A stretch of 64,000 nucleotides of DNA from an uncultured Bacteroidales bacterium (lineage in GTDB: Bacteria > Bacteroidota > Bacteroidia > Bacteroidales > UBA932). A program made the position numbers and the translations under genes. Below, one piece after another: positions 45,531 through 55,581 of the stretch. Every line of letters starts with the position of its first letter. The first letter of the stretch is position 1. Below the pieces are notes generated by a model. That model was not told where the DNA came from. It saw nothing but the letters and a program-made list of their open reading frames with translations, and searched no databases. The DNA lies in the NCBI GenBank assembly GCA_947170165.1, contig CAMVSK010000012.1, forward strand, positions 2,332 through 66,331, in the 5' to 3' direction.

Positions 45531-47489
45531 ATGCGTAAATTGATTTTCAGATTAGTTTTGATTATTGTAGCGGCAGGATCTCTTGCCGGAGTGCAATCTT
45601 GCAACAAGTTCCTTGACGTGGTGCCCGACGATGGGGTAGCCCGTATCGATATGGCTTTCAACCTTCGTTCCACAGCCATCCGCTATCTTGGAACCTGTTA
45701 TTCTTTTATGCCTCAGGATGGCAATGTTGTAGACGACTCTGCCATGCTTACCGGGGATGAACTCTGGGATCTTGTCGGACGCACCAACTCTCTCCCGTAT
45801 GGTGGAACGGTTCGTGTGCCGAACACTTTGTTCCAGATAGCCCGTGGTTTCCAAAGTGCTTCCAATGTTAGGGCCAACGACTGGGCTGATATGTATCAGG
45901 GTATCCGTTGCTGCGACATCCTTGTGGAAAATATCGACAACGTGCCGGATATGACCTACGAAGAAAAGGAGCAGTGGAAAGCTGAAGCGACTTTCCTCAA
46001 GGCTTATTATCACTTCCACCTTATCCGCAAGTGGGGGCCCGTCCCGATCATCCGCGAGAGCCTTCCCATCGACTCGGATATCGAAACCGTGCGTGTTTAT
46101 CGGGAAAACATCGATACCTGTTTCGACTTCGTGCTTCGTCTGCTGGACCAGGCTTTCGACAATCTGCCTATGACTCCTGAGTCTGTTGATATGTACGGCC
46201 GGATAACCAAGCCCATCTGCGCTGCGCTTAAGGCGAAGGTTGCGGTGTATGCTGCAAGCCCGCTTTTCAACGGCAACGAAGAAGAGGCTGCTCTTGTGGA
46301 CAACCAGGGATCTCAGCTCTTCCCTGACAAGACTGACGATGAGAAACTTGAGCGTTGGGAATATGCCGTTGAAGCCTGCAAGAAGGCAATTGAGGTGTGT
46401 GAAGAGGCGAATATTACGCTTTATGACGGAAAGGACATCGCCTATCGTATGACAGATTCACTCAAGACAACTCTGACTCTGCGCAATGCCTTCAACCAGC
46501 GTTGGAACAGTGAACTGATCTGGGGCAACACACAGTCGAGTCCGACATATATGTCGCAATTCCAGCAGTGGACCATGCCCAATATGACTTCAGAAACGCA
46601 TCAACAAGGCGGAAATCGTTTTATCGGGGTGCCCTTGAAAATCGTGGACCAATTCTACACAAAGAATGGCCTTCCCGTAATCAACGACAGCGAATGGAAT
46701 AATGTTAATACCCAAACACTCAGGAAAGTAACAGCAGAATATGGGTTCTATCTGGAGGAAGGTTATACAACTGTAACTCAGAACTTTGACAGAGAGCCCC
46801 GATTCTATGCTTTCCTCGGTTTCGACGGTGGAAAATGGCTTGGACAGCTCTCCAACTACAACGATCTGGATCCTACCGGTATCAGATATATCGAGTGCCG
46901 CAACGGTGGCCACGAGGGCAAGTCCGGAGGTCAGGTAGGGCCAGTTACGGGGTATTTTCCCAAAAAGCTTTATCCTCTTGCGTGTAACTTCACAGGCTTC
47001 AATGCTTTTACTTCTTACTGGTTCCCCTGGCCCATCATCCGCCTGACTGATCTCTACTTGCTATACGCTGAGGCAATCAACGAGGCCGAGGGCCCCAAGG
47101 GTGAGCATAGCGCAGATCTTTTCAAGTATCTGAACGCCATCCGTACCCGTGCCGGTATTCCTGATGTCAAGAAATCGTGGGATACCTACAGCAACAATCC
47201 AGGTTACTACAACACCCAGTATGGCATGCGCTCGATTATCCGTCGTGAACGTTCCATCGAACTCTGTTTCGAGAGCGAACGCTACTGGGATATACGTCGT
47301 TGGAAAGAAGCCCCCAATGAGTATCAGAAGGCTATCTATGGTTACACTATGACCGGTTTTTCCCCTGAAGACTATTATGTTAAGAAGCTGATTGCGACCC
47401 AGACCTTTGGCCTCAAAGATTATTTCTGGCCTATCTACACATACTATCTGGACCGTAATCCCAATCTTGTCCAAAATCTGGGTTGGTAA
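45531..47489 (+). CDS. susD: SusD/RagB-family lipoprotein
   Basis: Lipobox VQS-C-NKFLDVVPD; FLKAYYHF, IRLTDLYLLYAEA, RERSIELCFESERYWDIRRWK, QNLGW. Confidence 0.93.
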   Translation: MRKLIFRLVLIIVAAGSLAGVQSCNKFLDVVPDDGVARIDMAFNLRSTAIRYLGTCYSFMPQDGNVVDDSAMLTGDELWDLVGRTNSLPYGGTVRVPNTLFQIARGFQSASNVRANDWADMYQGIRCCDILVENIDNVPDMTYEEKEQWKAEATFLKAYYHFHLIRKWGPVPIIRESLPIDSDIETVRVYRENIDTCFDFVLRLLDQAFDNLPMTPESVDMYGRITKPICAALKAKVAVYAASPLFNGNEEEAALVDNQGSQLFPDKTDDEKLERWEYAVEACKKAIEVCEEANITLYDGKDIAYRMTDSLKTTLTLRNAFNQRWNSELIWGNTQSSPTYMSQFQQWTMPNMTSETHQQGGNRFIGVPLKIVDQFYTKNGLPVINDSEWNNVNTQTLRKVTAEYGFYLEEGYTTVTQNFDREPRFYAFLGFDGGKWLGQLSNYNDLDPTGIRYIECRNGGHEGKSGGQVGPVTGYFPKKLYPLACNFTGFNAFTSYWFPWPIIRLTDLYLLYAEAINEAEGPKGEHSADLFKYLNAIRTRAGIPDVKKSWDTYSNNPGYYNTQYGMRSIIRRERSIELCFESERYWDIRRWKEAPNEYQKAIYGYTMTGFSPEDYYVKKLIATQTFGLKDYFWPIYTYYLDRNPNLVQNLGW

Positions 47490-47499
47490 AATACTAATT

Positions 47500-48861
47500 A
47501 TGATGAAACTTACGAATATCATATTATGGGCCGGAGCCGCCATGCTGGCAATCGCCTGCTCTGAAGACCTTGGCTCCCGTGTAGACCAGTACGCTAATGT
47601 GGGAATCCCTGTACCCATCACTGTAAAGAGTGTGCGCAGTATCCCAGGTGGTGCAGTTATCAAGGTTACTATCCCCGATGATCCCAATCTCAAGGGTGTG
47701 GTTGCCGAATACAAGCGCGGTAAATCGGTGGTGAATACCAAGATTTCCCGCTATGTAGACAGTCTCACTGTAGAAGGCTTTGCGGATACCGAAAAGCACA
47801 ACATAACCCTTTATTCATTCAATGTGAATGAGGAGCGCTCCAAAGGTGTGGATGTTGAAATCCAGCCTCTTAAGCCTGCTATCCTCGAGGTTAATGCTTC
47901 TATGAAGGAATCATTCGGTGGCGTCAAAGTGCATATCCAGAACAACGTTTCAAAAGCGGATCTTGCGATATGCATTCTCCGGGACGCAGACCTTTCCGAT
48001 TTGGGCAAGCCTGTCAGTAAAATGAAATGGGTTGAGGTTACCACACTGTTTACTGCAAGCGATGATATTTTTCTTTCACGTCGTGGAATAGAACCCAAGG
48101 AGGCTATCTTTGGTATGTATCTCCGTGATCACTGGGGAAATATGTCAGACACTACGGTCACGGTGTTGACTCCAATTGTCGAGGCAAAACTGGATACCGT
48201 AAAATATAATGGCAAGCTGCATTACAAATTCTCGGATGCCCAGATAGCGGATGATATCTGCATATCGCAAAACTCAAGCAGTTATCCTGTATCCGCACTG
48301 TGGGACGGATCCGGGGAATCGAAGGTTCCTCATTTCTTCGTTAGTCAGGAAGTTGATGGTTTTTCGCCAACATGGCTCACCATTGACCTTGGTAACACGG
48401 CCATCCTTAGCCGTATAACGACCCTCCCTCGAATCGAATATGACATATATGCTGGCGGCAATGTCCGAGATTATGAATTCTGGGGCAGCCCGGGCGAACT
48501 GCAGCCTGACGGCACCTATGCGAAACCCTCCGGTAAAAAGGTGGATCCTACAGAGGACAACCCATATGGATTCGATCCTGATGTCTGGTTCTGTCTTGGC
48601 GCTTTCACTACGTTCAAGCCTTCTGGTTATCTGTCGAACGGCCTGCCCGGAGAATATACTCAGGAAGACAGGTTGGCCTTTGATGCGGGCAACGATTTTG
48701 AACTGGACCCCTCCCAGTATCCTCATTGCAACGATCCTATGCGCTATCTCCGTGTAGTTTTTGTGAACACTTTCATTACTTTTGAGTACGGTCACGATAC
48801 CAAGAACCGTTCCGTTCAAACCGGTGAAGTGACTCCTTTCGGACGACCAATTTTTGAATAG
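47500..48861 (+). CDS. PUL accessory lipoprotein (DUF4959/DUF5126/DUF5000-like)
   Basis: Lipobox LAIA-C-SED; VRSIPGGAVI...PDDPNL, EGFADTEKHNITLYS, RDHWGNMSD, PMRYLRV. Confidence 0.7.
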   Translation: MMKLTNIILWAGAAMLAIACSEDLGSRVDQYANVGIPVPITVKSVRSIPGGAVIKVTIPDDPNLKGVVAEYKRGKSVVNTKISRYVDSLTVEGFADTEKHNITLYSFNVNEERSKGVDVEIQPLKPAILEVNASMKESFGGVKVHIQNNVSKADLAICILRDADLSDLGKPVSKMKWVEVTTLFTASDDIFLSRRGIEPKEAIFGMYLRDHWGNMSDTTVTVLTPIVEAKLDTVKYNGKLHYKFSDAQIADDICISQNSSSYPVSALWDGSGESKVPHFFVSQEVDGFSPTWLTIDLGNTAILSRITTLPRIEYDIYAGGNVRDYEFWGSPGELQPDGTYAKPSGKKVDPTEDNPYGFDPDVWFCLGAFTTFKPSGYLSNGLPGEYTQEDRLAFDAGNDFELDPSQYPHCNDPMRYLRVVFVNTFITFEYGHDTKNRSVQTGEVTPFGRPIFE

Positions 48862-48863
48862 TC

Positions 48864-50039
48864 ATGAAGAAGATATATTTATTCCTGATCATTGTTCTGG
48901 CTTTTGTAGCCGCTTCCTGTGCAAAGCAGGATACGGTTTATAAAGAGTTTGTCAAGGATGGTGGGTTCATTTATCCGGCAAAACCGATCAATATTTCCGC
49001 TGACCGTGGCTACCAGCGTATAGTTCTTACATGGGAACTGCCGATGGATCCGTCCATCCGAACTGCCAGGCTTTTCTGGGACAGCCGTACCAAGAGCCAG
49101 GATTTCGATTATTCGGATTATCCTGACGGCAGGGTTTCGGTCGTAATCCCTAACCTCGAAGACAGGTCCTATACCTTCGAGGTGGTCAACTACGATGCGG
49201 CGGAAAACGCTTCCCTGGCTACAGAGATAACTTCTTCTCCTTTCGGAGACAGCTGGCTGGTATCGCATGCTGAACGTTCCGTGGTTATGAACGAGATGGA
49301 TGGCACCGATGCGGTCGTTACCCTAGGCAAGCCAACGAGTGAGATTACTTCTACCAAGTTCCGCTATGTAAATACCTCGGGGCAGACTGTTGAAAAGGTT
49401 TTTCCTGCTACTGACGGAGTGGTCCGGCTTCCCAATGCCGAGAGATGGAAGACCATAGAGTATAAGTCTTCTTTCTGCTCTGCCGAGGGAATCGACACCG
49501 TTTGGTTATCAAGCTGGATGAAAGGGCCATATCCAGTTACCTCGACAGTTGAAAAGACGTCACTGGTCACTGTTACTGCCAACCAGATCCGCGACGCATT
49601 CAAACCCGAACTGGCAATTGACGGCATTAAAGACAGTAACGAGAGCCGCTGGTATAGTTCAAATAATTCCAACTACCGGGGAATCTTTCCCAAGATACTG
49701 GTGATCGATACCAAGTTGACCGGTGCAAATGCGATGACTTTCAATCATTTCGTCTTTTATGAAGATCCTGATCCTGATGGTCAGACCAGGCGGTATATCA
49801 AGTCGGTGGAGATTTTTGTAGGCGATACGAAGTTCAATCCCGACGATGCCAATTATGCCCGTAATTTTGGAGAACCGGTGGTATCGGCAAAATTGAACCA
49901 ACTCAACCCTGTGCAGGATTTTTTCCTTTCCACACCAAAGCGTGGCCGCTACGTTGCCATTGTTTTCAAGGATTCCTTCAACAGTACCGGCTTTGTCGAC
50001 CTATGGGAATTCGAAGCCTTTGGATATGTTGCAAATTAA
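48864..50039 (+). CDS. PUL accessory lipoprotein (DUF4998-like plus F5/8 type C/discoidin domain)
   Basis: Lipobox VAAS-C-AKQD; YKEFVKDGGFIYPAKP, GYQRIVLTW; AIDGIKDS...RWYS, GRYVAI, LWEFEAFG. Confidence 0.7.
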   Translation: MKKIYLFLIIVLAFVAASCAKQDTVYKEFVKDGGFIYPAKPINISADRGYQRIVLTWELPMDPSIRTARLFWDSRTKSQDFDYSDYPDGRVSVVIPNLEDRSYTFEVVNYDAAENASLATEITSSPFGDSWLVSHAERSVVMNEMDGTDAVVTLGKPTSEITSTKFRYVNTSGQTVEKVFPATDGVVRLPNAERWKTIEYKSSFCSAEGIDTVWLSSWMKGPYPVTSTVEKTSLVTVTANQIRDAFKPELAIDGIKDSNESRWYSSNNSNYRGIFPKILVIDTKLTGANAMTFNHFVFYEDPDPDGQTRRYIKSVEIFVGDTKFNPDDANYARNFGEPVVSAKLNQLNPVQDFFLSTPKRGRYVAIVFKDSFNSTGFVDLWEFEAFGYVAN

Positions 50040-50076
50040 TTACACATTATATCAACCACTTAAATAACAAACATCT

Positions 50077-52002
50077 ATGAAGAAAAGTTTTTTTCTGCTT
50101 TCGGCATTCGCGATGCTGCTGATTGCTTCCTGTCAACCGGAAGAAATCGGCAATGTCCCCAGTCCGAATGATCCTCCTGTGCTTACGGCAAATAAGACAG
50201 CTTATTCTGTAAGCTATGAAGAAGGCACCATTACTGTGCCTGTTGATGCGAACTACCCTTCTATCAAGGTGTCAATCTCCAGCGATGCTTCCTCCTGGCT
50301 CTCCTACAAGGAGACCAAGGCTGAGACAAAAGCCGACATGAAGAGCTATAAGGTTGTGCTTGCATACAAAGCCAATCTTATCGCTACTGCCCGTTCTGGC
50401 AAGGCAACCATTACTCTGGCAGCGCAATCACTTGAAGTGACTGTTTCCCAGGCTGCGGCAATCCCTGAAATCTCCATCTCCGAGACTTCCTGGACCGCCA
50501 ATCCCCGTGGTGTGAGCTTCCCTGTCGCGGTTACAACAAACGATGAATATACTGTTACCGCTCCGAGTTGGGCTTCCTACGATAAGACCACGGGCAATGT
50601 TACCGTTCAGTTAAATGGCAGCGGTGCAAAACGTGAATGTGAGATGGTCTTTGCATGTAATGCTGACCCCAATGTTAAGGCTACCCTGGCCATTTCCCAG
50701 AAAGCTGCAAACGTCGACCCTGAGCTTATCAACATATTGTCTGTCGGTGATTCTTATGTAGACAGCACTGCCAACTATCTATATCAGGTTCTCACCAGCC
50801 TCGGATATACCAAGATCCGCATGGTTAACATCCCTCTGGACGGCAAGACTCTAGCCGAGGCGGATGCGCTCCTGAACGGCAGCGGGAAGGTGCCCGTGCA
50901 CGCCATCATCAACGGAGTGCCCGGAGTTGACTCGCTGCTCACTGTAGATATCCTTTCACCCGATGATTGGGATGCTATTGTCCTCCAGCCCGCATTTGAC
51001 TTCGCTGGCGACTATGATGAAACTTCCATCAACAGCATTGTCGGTCTCATCCGCACATACTGCGAATTCACTCCTGTCTTCTGGAACATGACCTGGGCAT
51101 ATAAGAAGGGCGCGACCGCAGCAGGATTCAAGAGTTATGGCAGTGATCAGGCTGCTATGTACACCAGCATTGCCAATGTTGCAAGTTTGGTTGCGCAGAA
51201 TACCGAATTCGCAGGTGTCATCCCTGTCGGTACTCTGGTCCAGAATCTCCGTACCAGCTATGTCGAGGAGAATGTCCTTGTGGATGATTCCAACCTCAGC
51301 GTGAATATCGGCCGTCTCGGCGCTGCCTATATGATGGCACAGTATCTCACCGGAAAGAACCCTATGACGGCAGCTTCACCTTTCCTGCCCAAACTCAGGT
51401 ATGATCCCGACTGCATCCCTGCAATTCAGGAAGCTTATGCAAACGCTGTAAAGAATCCTTTTGAAGTGACCGAAGCTACCCAGTATCCTCCTTATGTGTT
51501 GAGTGTTCCCGAAGCTGATGCCAAGGCTCTCATCGAGGCTGCCGGATTCAAGTTCGAAGAATATGTGGCAGCTCCTTTCGTTGTGATGCACTATGGATTC
51601 TACAACTCCCAAAACGGCAGTTACCTTACTAGCTCCGTGTTCAAAGGCTCCAAAGACGACAACATGGACAAGTACGCCGCCACCCACATCATTCCTAAAT
51701 CAGAGATTCCTAACGGCAGCCTCATTGTTGTTACCAGCGGATATCAATATCGTCCTGAAGGATGGGTAACCCTCTCCACCAAGAACGAAACCCGTCCCGG
51801 CAATGTGAGTACTCCGGTTGTAGAGGTCAACAATGAATGGTGGGGGACCTTCACCTACAGGGCATTCAACCTTTCGAAGACCAGTGGAGCTCCTTCTGCA
51901 GCCGAGATGAAGGCCATCGGCACCAAGTTCGGCATCTATCTCCCCAAGACCGCTGTCAACAACGGACTGCAGGATTATGAAAACGGTGAATGGAAATGGT
52001 AG
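50077..52002 (+). CDS. Lipoprotein with BACON-like domains and DUF4886 (SGNH-like) domain
   Basis: Lipobox LIAS-C-QPEE; RSGKATITL...VTVSQAA and REC...LAISQKA; ILSVGDSY, WDAIVLQ, FWNMTWAY, VIPVGTLVQNLRTS. Confidence 0.7.
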   Translation: MKKSFFLLSAFAMLLIASCQPEEIGNVPSPNDPPVLTANKTAYSVSYEEGTITVPVDANYPSIKVSISSDASSWLSYKETKAETKADMKSYKVVLAYKANLIATARSGKATITLAAQSLEVTVSQAAAIPEISISETSWTANPRGVSFPVAVTTNDEYTVTAPSWASYDKTTGNVTVQLNGSGAKRECEMVFACNADPNVKATLAISQKAANVDPELINILSVGDSYVDSTANYLYQVLTSLGYTKIRMVNIPLDGKTLAEADALLNGSGKVPVHAIINGVPGVDSLLTVDILSPDDWDAIVLQPAFDFAGDYDETSINSIVGLIRTYCEFTPVFWNMTWAYKKGATAAGFKSYGSDQAAMYTSIANVASLVAQNTEFAGVIPVGTLVQNLRTSYVEENVLVDDSNLSVNIGRLGAAYMMAQYLTGKNPMTAASPFLPKLRYDPDCIPAIQEAYANAVKNPFEVTEATQYPPYVLSVPEADAKALIEAAGFKFEEYVAAPFVVMHYGFYNSQNGSYLTSSVFKGSKDDNMDKYAATHIIPKSEIPNGSLIVVTSGYQYRPEGWVTLSTKNETRPGNVSTPVVEVNNEWWGTFTYRAFNLSKTSGAPSAAEMKAIGTKFGIYLPKTAVNNGLQDYENGEWKW

Positions 52003-52034
52003 TAATAATGTCTAACAGCTAAATGAAAGATAAT

Positions 52035-54803
52035 ATGAAAAAGATATATTTATTCCTTCTTGCAGCTGCAGGCATTCTTGCAGTTGCATCTTGTGCCCGT
52101 GAGGAGCTCATCGACAAAGCATTGACAACGGATGAGCCCTCGGAAGTGAGTACTCTCACTTTTTCCTTCGATGGCACAAAGACGGCTCTTGTCGACGGCA
52201 AAACCACATGGGAAGCCGGTGACAAGATCCGTGTCTATACTTCCGATGGCGGTTTCTACCGTGATGTCGAGGTTCCTGCTGAGGCTATCGGGCAGAGTTC
52301 CTTCTCTGCAGAGGTGAACATCAAGGATTCGGTCTACTATGCGGTATATCCCATCGAAGCGAGCAAGGGTATTGCAGACAATAAGATAACGGTTACTCTT
52401 CCCAAGAACCCCGACGGACGCTTTGCAAGTGCGAACATCTGCGTGGCAATCACCAGGAATTCAGAGTTCCAGATGAAGAACGTTACCGCAGTACTCAAAG
52501 TGAATATCCAATCCAACAATGTGGTGGAAATGCTGCAGATCATCGCGCGCAACCCCATTGTAGGCGACTATGCCGTTGGTGTGGAGAAGGATAAAGAAGA
52601 TAAAGATTCTCTGACCTTTACTCCTTCCGCTACCGCACAGTCCCTTACTGTGGCTATCGGCGGTGTTGATGGCGAGTACTTCATCCCCGTTCTCCCCGGC
52701 ACCTATGCAAAGGACTTCTCCATTACTGCCCTCAGGGGTAACGGTGGCTATCAGAACAAAAAGACAACTGTGGACAATGAAATCAAGTTGAACTCCATAA
52801 TCGATCTTGGTTTGATCGGTGACAACCTCTCAATGGGCCTCCCCGGCGAGGGCACCCAGGAGAAGCCTTTTACCATCAGCAACTTTGGTGAAATGCTCGC
52901 ATTTGCATCTTCCGTTACTATGGGTAAATCCTACAAGGATGAGATTGTCAGTCTCGAGGCGGACATCCTCGATACACCTGTCACCGCTCCTGCCGGTTAC
53001 TGGCTCAGCAATGACGACCAGGGATATTTTGCAGGTACTTTCCTCGGCAACAATCACACTGTTAAGGTTGAACTTGATGGAGAGAATTGCAAGGCACAGA
53101 CCTACGTTGCCCTGTTTGGCGTGGTCGATGAGGGTGCAACCGTCAAAGACCTGAAGGTCACCGGCACGGCAACTGCTACCGGCAATTACACATCCGGTAT
53201 CATCGCCTACGTGCGTGGCACAGCTGACGGCACCAGTGCTATTCTCGACAACCTCACAAACGAAGTCAAAGTCACCTCTACCGGCAACAGGGTCGGCGGC
53301 GTAGTAGGTTATGCAAACTATGCGACCATCACCAAGTGCGTCAACAATGCTGCAATCACTGGCAAGGACTGCGTGGCAGGTGTGGTAGGAAAGGCTTCCA
53401 ACGCCACTATGGAGAATTGCACCAACACCGGAGCAGTTACTTCCACTGGTACTGATACCAGAGTCCAGTACTGCTTTAACGGAAGTACCACGAATTATGG
53501 AACCGGTGAGTTTAGCAATATTACAGGATCTCACTCCACGGGCGGCATCTGTGGTTATGTTGACCATGGTTCTCTTGAGAATTGCTCTAATAGCGGAGCC
53601 ATCCAGGGCTATGTAAAGATTGGTGGTGTCGTGGGTGGAACTTACTGGTCCCCCGTTGCCGATTGTGTCAACACCGGAGCCATTACTGCAACAGGCCAAT
53701 TTAACCAAAACATTGCCAGCCAGACCGGCTATGGCTTCGGATCATCCACGGGTGGTATCGTGGGTTGGATGTACACCAACGGCGCAATCACCAATTGCGA
53801 GAACTCCGGAACCGTTAAAGGTAAGGGCGGTCTCGGTGGAATCGTCGGCTTTGCAAGCTGCAATAGCAACAAATCTTCAGGCGTGGCTATCAAGGATTGC
53901 AAGAATACCGGTGAGGTCATTTCTGCAGGTGTGGTTATGGGTGGTGGCACCAAGAACCATAACCCGGCTACCGGCGGCATTGCTGGATCAGTTTCAGCTT
54001 TTGGTGCACAGATTACCAATATCATCAGCTGCCAGAACACAGGAAATGTTACTTCTGATGGTTGCATCGCCGGTGGTATCGTAGGCCGTGTAAACCAGAC
54101 CAGGCATGACGGCGGTGCTGTCAATCTTGTTGACAAATGCGTCAACACAGGTGATGTCACCGCTCCTTACTGGACAGGTGGTATCTGCGGTATGGCCCTT
54201 TCGTTCTACAATGGTGTAATCAGGATACGGAACTCCTATAACACGGGAACTATTACCGGAAACAGGACTGATGCCGATTCTGGAGAAGTTGCCGGTGGTA
54301 TTCTTGGTGCCAACCATTGCTGGAACTCCTCCAACCGCACCAATTGGGGCCAGGTTTACAACTGCTACAATACTGGTAATGTATTCTATGAGGTTGCCGC
54401 CCATACAAAACCTTATTGCGGCGGTATCGTCGGCCGTCTTGTTTCTGCCGGTCACGTGGAGAACGTCTATAACTCCGGCAAGGTTGGCCCTAAGGGCGAT
54501 GCCGTACCTGTAGCAGCTGCCGCGAATCGTCTGGGTGCCATTATCGGCAGCCTCGAAACTGGTAACCGTAATAACTTCTACTATCTGGATGGTGTCTGCG
54601 CTCAGATTGTTGGTGCTTCTTCTACCAACACTACCGTTACCATTGCCAGCGCTTTCAATACCAGCTACAATCTCTTGACTCCCGTTACTATCAAAGACGT
54701 TGAGATAGAAACTCTGCTAGATGCGCTGAATGCTTGGAGCACTTCCACCGATTACTACAAGTGGAAGACGGGTGCCAATGGCCCTGAGTTTGACATTCAG
54801 TAA
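52035..54803 (+). CDS. Fimbrillin-like lipoprotein with C-terminal Gly/Asn/Cys-rich (GLUG-like) repeats; putative adhesin
   Basis: Lipobox AVAS-C-AREE; DGTKT...TWEAGDKIRV; about a dozen CxNxGxV...GG(I/V)xG units. Confidence 0.65.
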   Translation: MKKIYLFLLAAAGILAVASCAREELIDKALTTDEPSEVSTLTFSFDGTKTALVDGKTTWEAGDKIRVYTSDGGFYRDVEVPAEAIGQSSFSAEVNIKDSVYYAVYPIEASKGIADNKITVTLPKNPDGRFASANICVAITRNSEFQMKNVTAVLKVNIQSNNVVEMLQIIARNPIVGDYAVGVEKDKEDKDSLTFTPSATAQSLTVAIGGVDGEYFIPVLPGTYAKDFSITALRGNGGYQNKKTTVDNEIKLNSIIDLGLIGDNLSMGLPGEGTQEKPFTISNFGEMLAFASSVTMGKSYKDEIVSLEADILDTPVTAPAGYWLSNDDQGYFAGTFLGNNHTVKVELDGENCKAQTYVALFGVVDEGATVKDLKVTGTATATGNYTSGIIAYVRGTADGTSAILDNLTNEVKVTSTGNRVGGVVGYANYATITKCVNNAAITGKDCVAGVVGKASNATMENCTNTGAVTSTGTDTRVQYCFNGSTTNYGTGEFSNITGSHSTGGICGYVDHGSLENCSNSGAIQGYVKIGGVVGGTYWSPVADCVNTGAITATGQFNQNIASQTGYGFGSSTGGIVGWMYTNGAITNCENSGTVKGKGGLGGIVGFASCNSNKSSGVAIKDCKNTGEVISAGVVMGGGTKNHNPATGGIAGSVSAFGAQITNIISCQNTGNVTSDGCIAGGIVGRVNQTRHDGGAVNLVDKCVNTGDVTAPYWTGGICGMALSFYNGVIRIRNSYNTGTITGNRTDADSGEVAGGILGANHCWNSSNRTNWGQVYNCYNTGNVFYEVAAHTKPYCGGIVGRLVSAGHVENVYNSGKVGPKGDAVPVAAAANRLGAIIGSLETGNRNNFYYLDGVCAQIVGASSTNTTVTIASAFNTSYNLLTPVTIKDVEIETLLDALNAWSTSTDYYKWKTGANGPEFDIQ

Positions 54804-54821
54804 TCAGAACTTCATGCAATC

Positions 54822-54853
54822 GAAGCCGACCCCTCGGGGCCGGCTTCTTTTTT
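54822..54853 (+). terminator. Intrinsic terminator ending second PUL
   Basis: GAAGCCGACCCC-TC-GGGGCCGGCTTC (one mismatch) followed by T6. Confidence 0.8.
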
Positions 54854-54885
54854 GCTGCAGGCTTGAATAAGTTGCCGGAAAATCT

Positions 54886-54893
54886 TATATTTG
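54886..54893 (+). promoter_or_regulatory. -7 box (TATATTTG)
   Basis: Exact TAnnTTTG match 8 nt before ATG 54902. Confidence 0.6.
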
Positions 54894-54901
54894 TTATCGT
54901 T

Positions 54902-55570
54902 ATGAAAAGGCTGCTGATTATTGTTCTGGCCGTCCTTGCCCTGGCGGGCAGGGAGGCCTGTGCGCAGGACATTATCCACACCAAGAAAGGGGAGAACATT
55001 CTGGCAACGGCCGTCATCTTCGGCCCCTCGCAGGTCAGTTACCGTCTGTATGAGGATCCGACCGGCCCGATGCAGTTCATCGAAACCAGCAAGGTGGAAA
55101 CCATCTATTTCGAGAACGGGGAGAAGATGAAGCTGACGCAGGATGATGCCGAGGTATCCAAAGGTACAAACAGTTTCTACCGTCTCCGCGATAAATATAA
55201 CCCCCGCGACTATCAGCCTCAGCCCGGCGATGCCTACAATCCGGCACTGATGGGCGTGGCATCCTTTATCATCCCCGGCCTCGGGCAGATACTGGAAGGG
55301 GAGTGGGGCACGGGGCTCATCTACATGGCCGGCGATGCGGCGATGATTGCCTTGACCGTGGCTTCGCTTAAAAACAACTATAAGATATACGAGAGCGGCC
55401 TGGGCACCGATAGCCAGATTATTCAGGCCAACAAGCAGGTTACCATCGGCACCGTGTTCTGCCTGGCCGGAGCCGTCGCCTTGAGCGCATTCTCCGCCTA
55501 TGACGCCGTTCGCATAGCCAAGGTCAAGAACTTGCACGTCAGAGGCTTCTCAGTACAATATGACTTTTAA
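54902..55570 (+). CDS. Hypothetical membrane protein (DUF5683/TM2-like SFIIPGLGQ motif)
   Basis: Signal peptide; QDIIHTKKGE N-domain; ASFIIPGLGQ followed by hydrophobic helices. Confidence 0.6.
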   Translation: MKRLLIIVLAVLALAGREACAQDIIHTKKGENILATAVIFGPSQVSYRLYEDPTGPMQFIETSKVETIYFENGEKMKLTQDDAEVSKGTNSFYRLRDKYNPRDYQPQPGDAYNPALMGVASFIIPGLGQILEGEWGTGLIYMAGDAAMIALTVASLKNNYKIYESGLGTDSQIIQANKQVTIGTVFCLAGAVALSAFSAYDAVRIAKVKNLHVRGFSVQYDF

Positions 55571-55581
55571 ACAATATTAAT

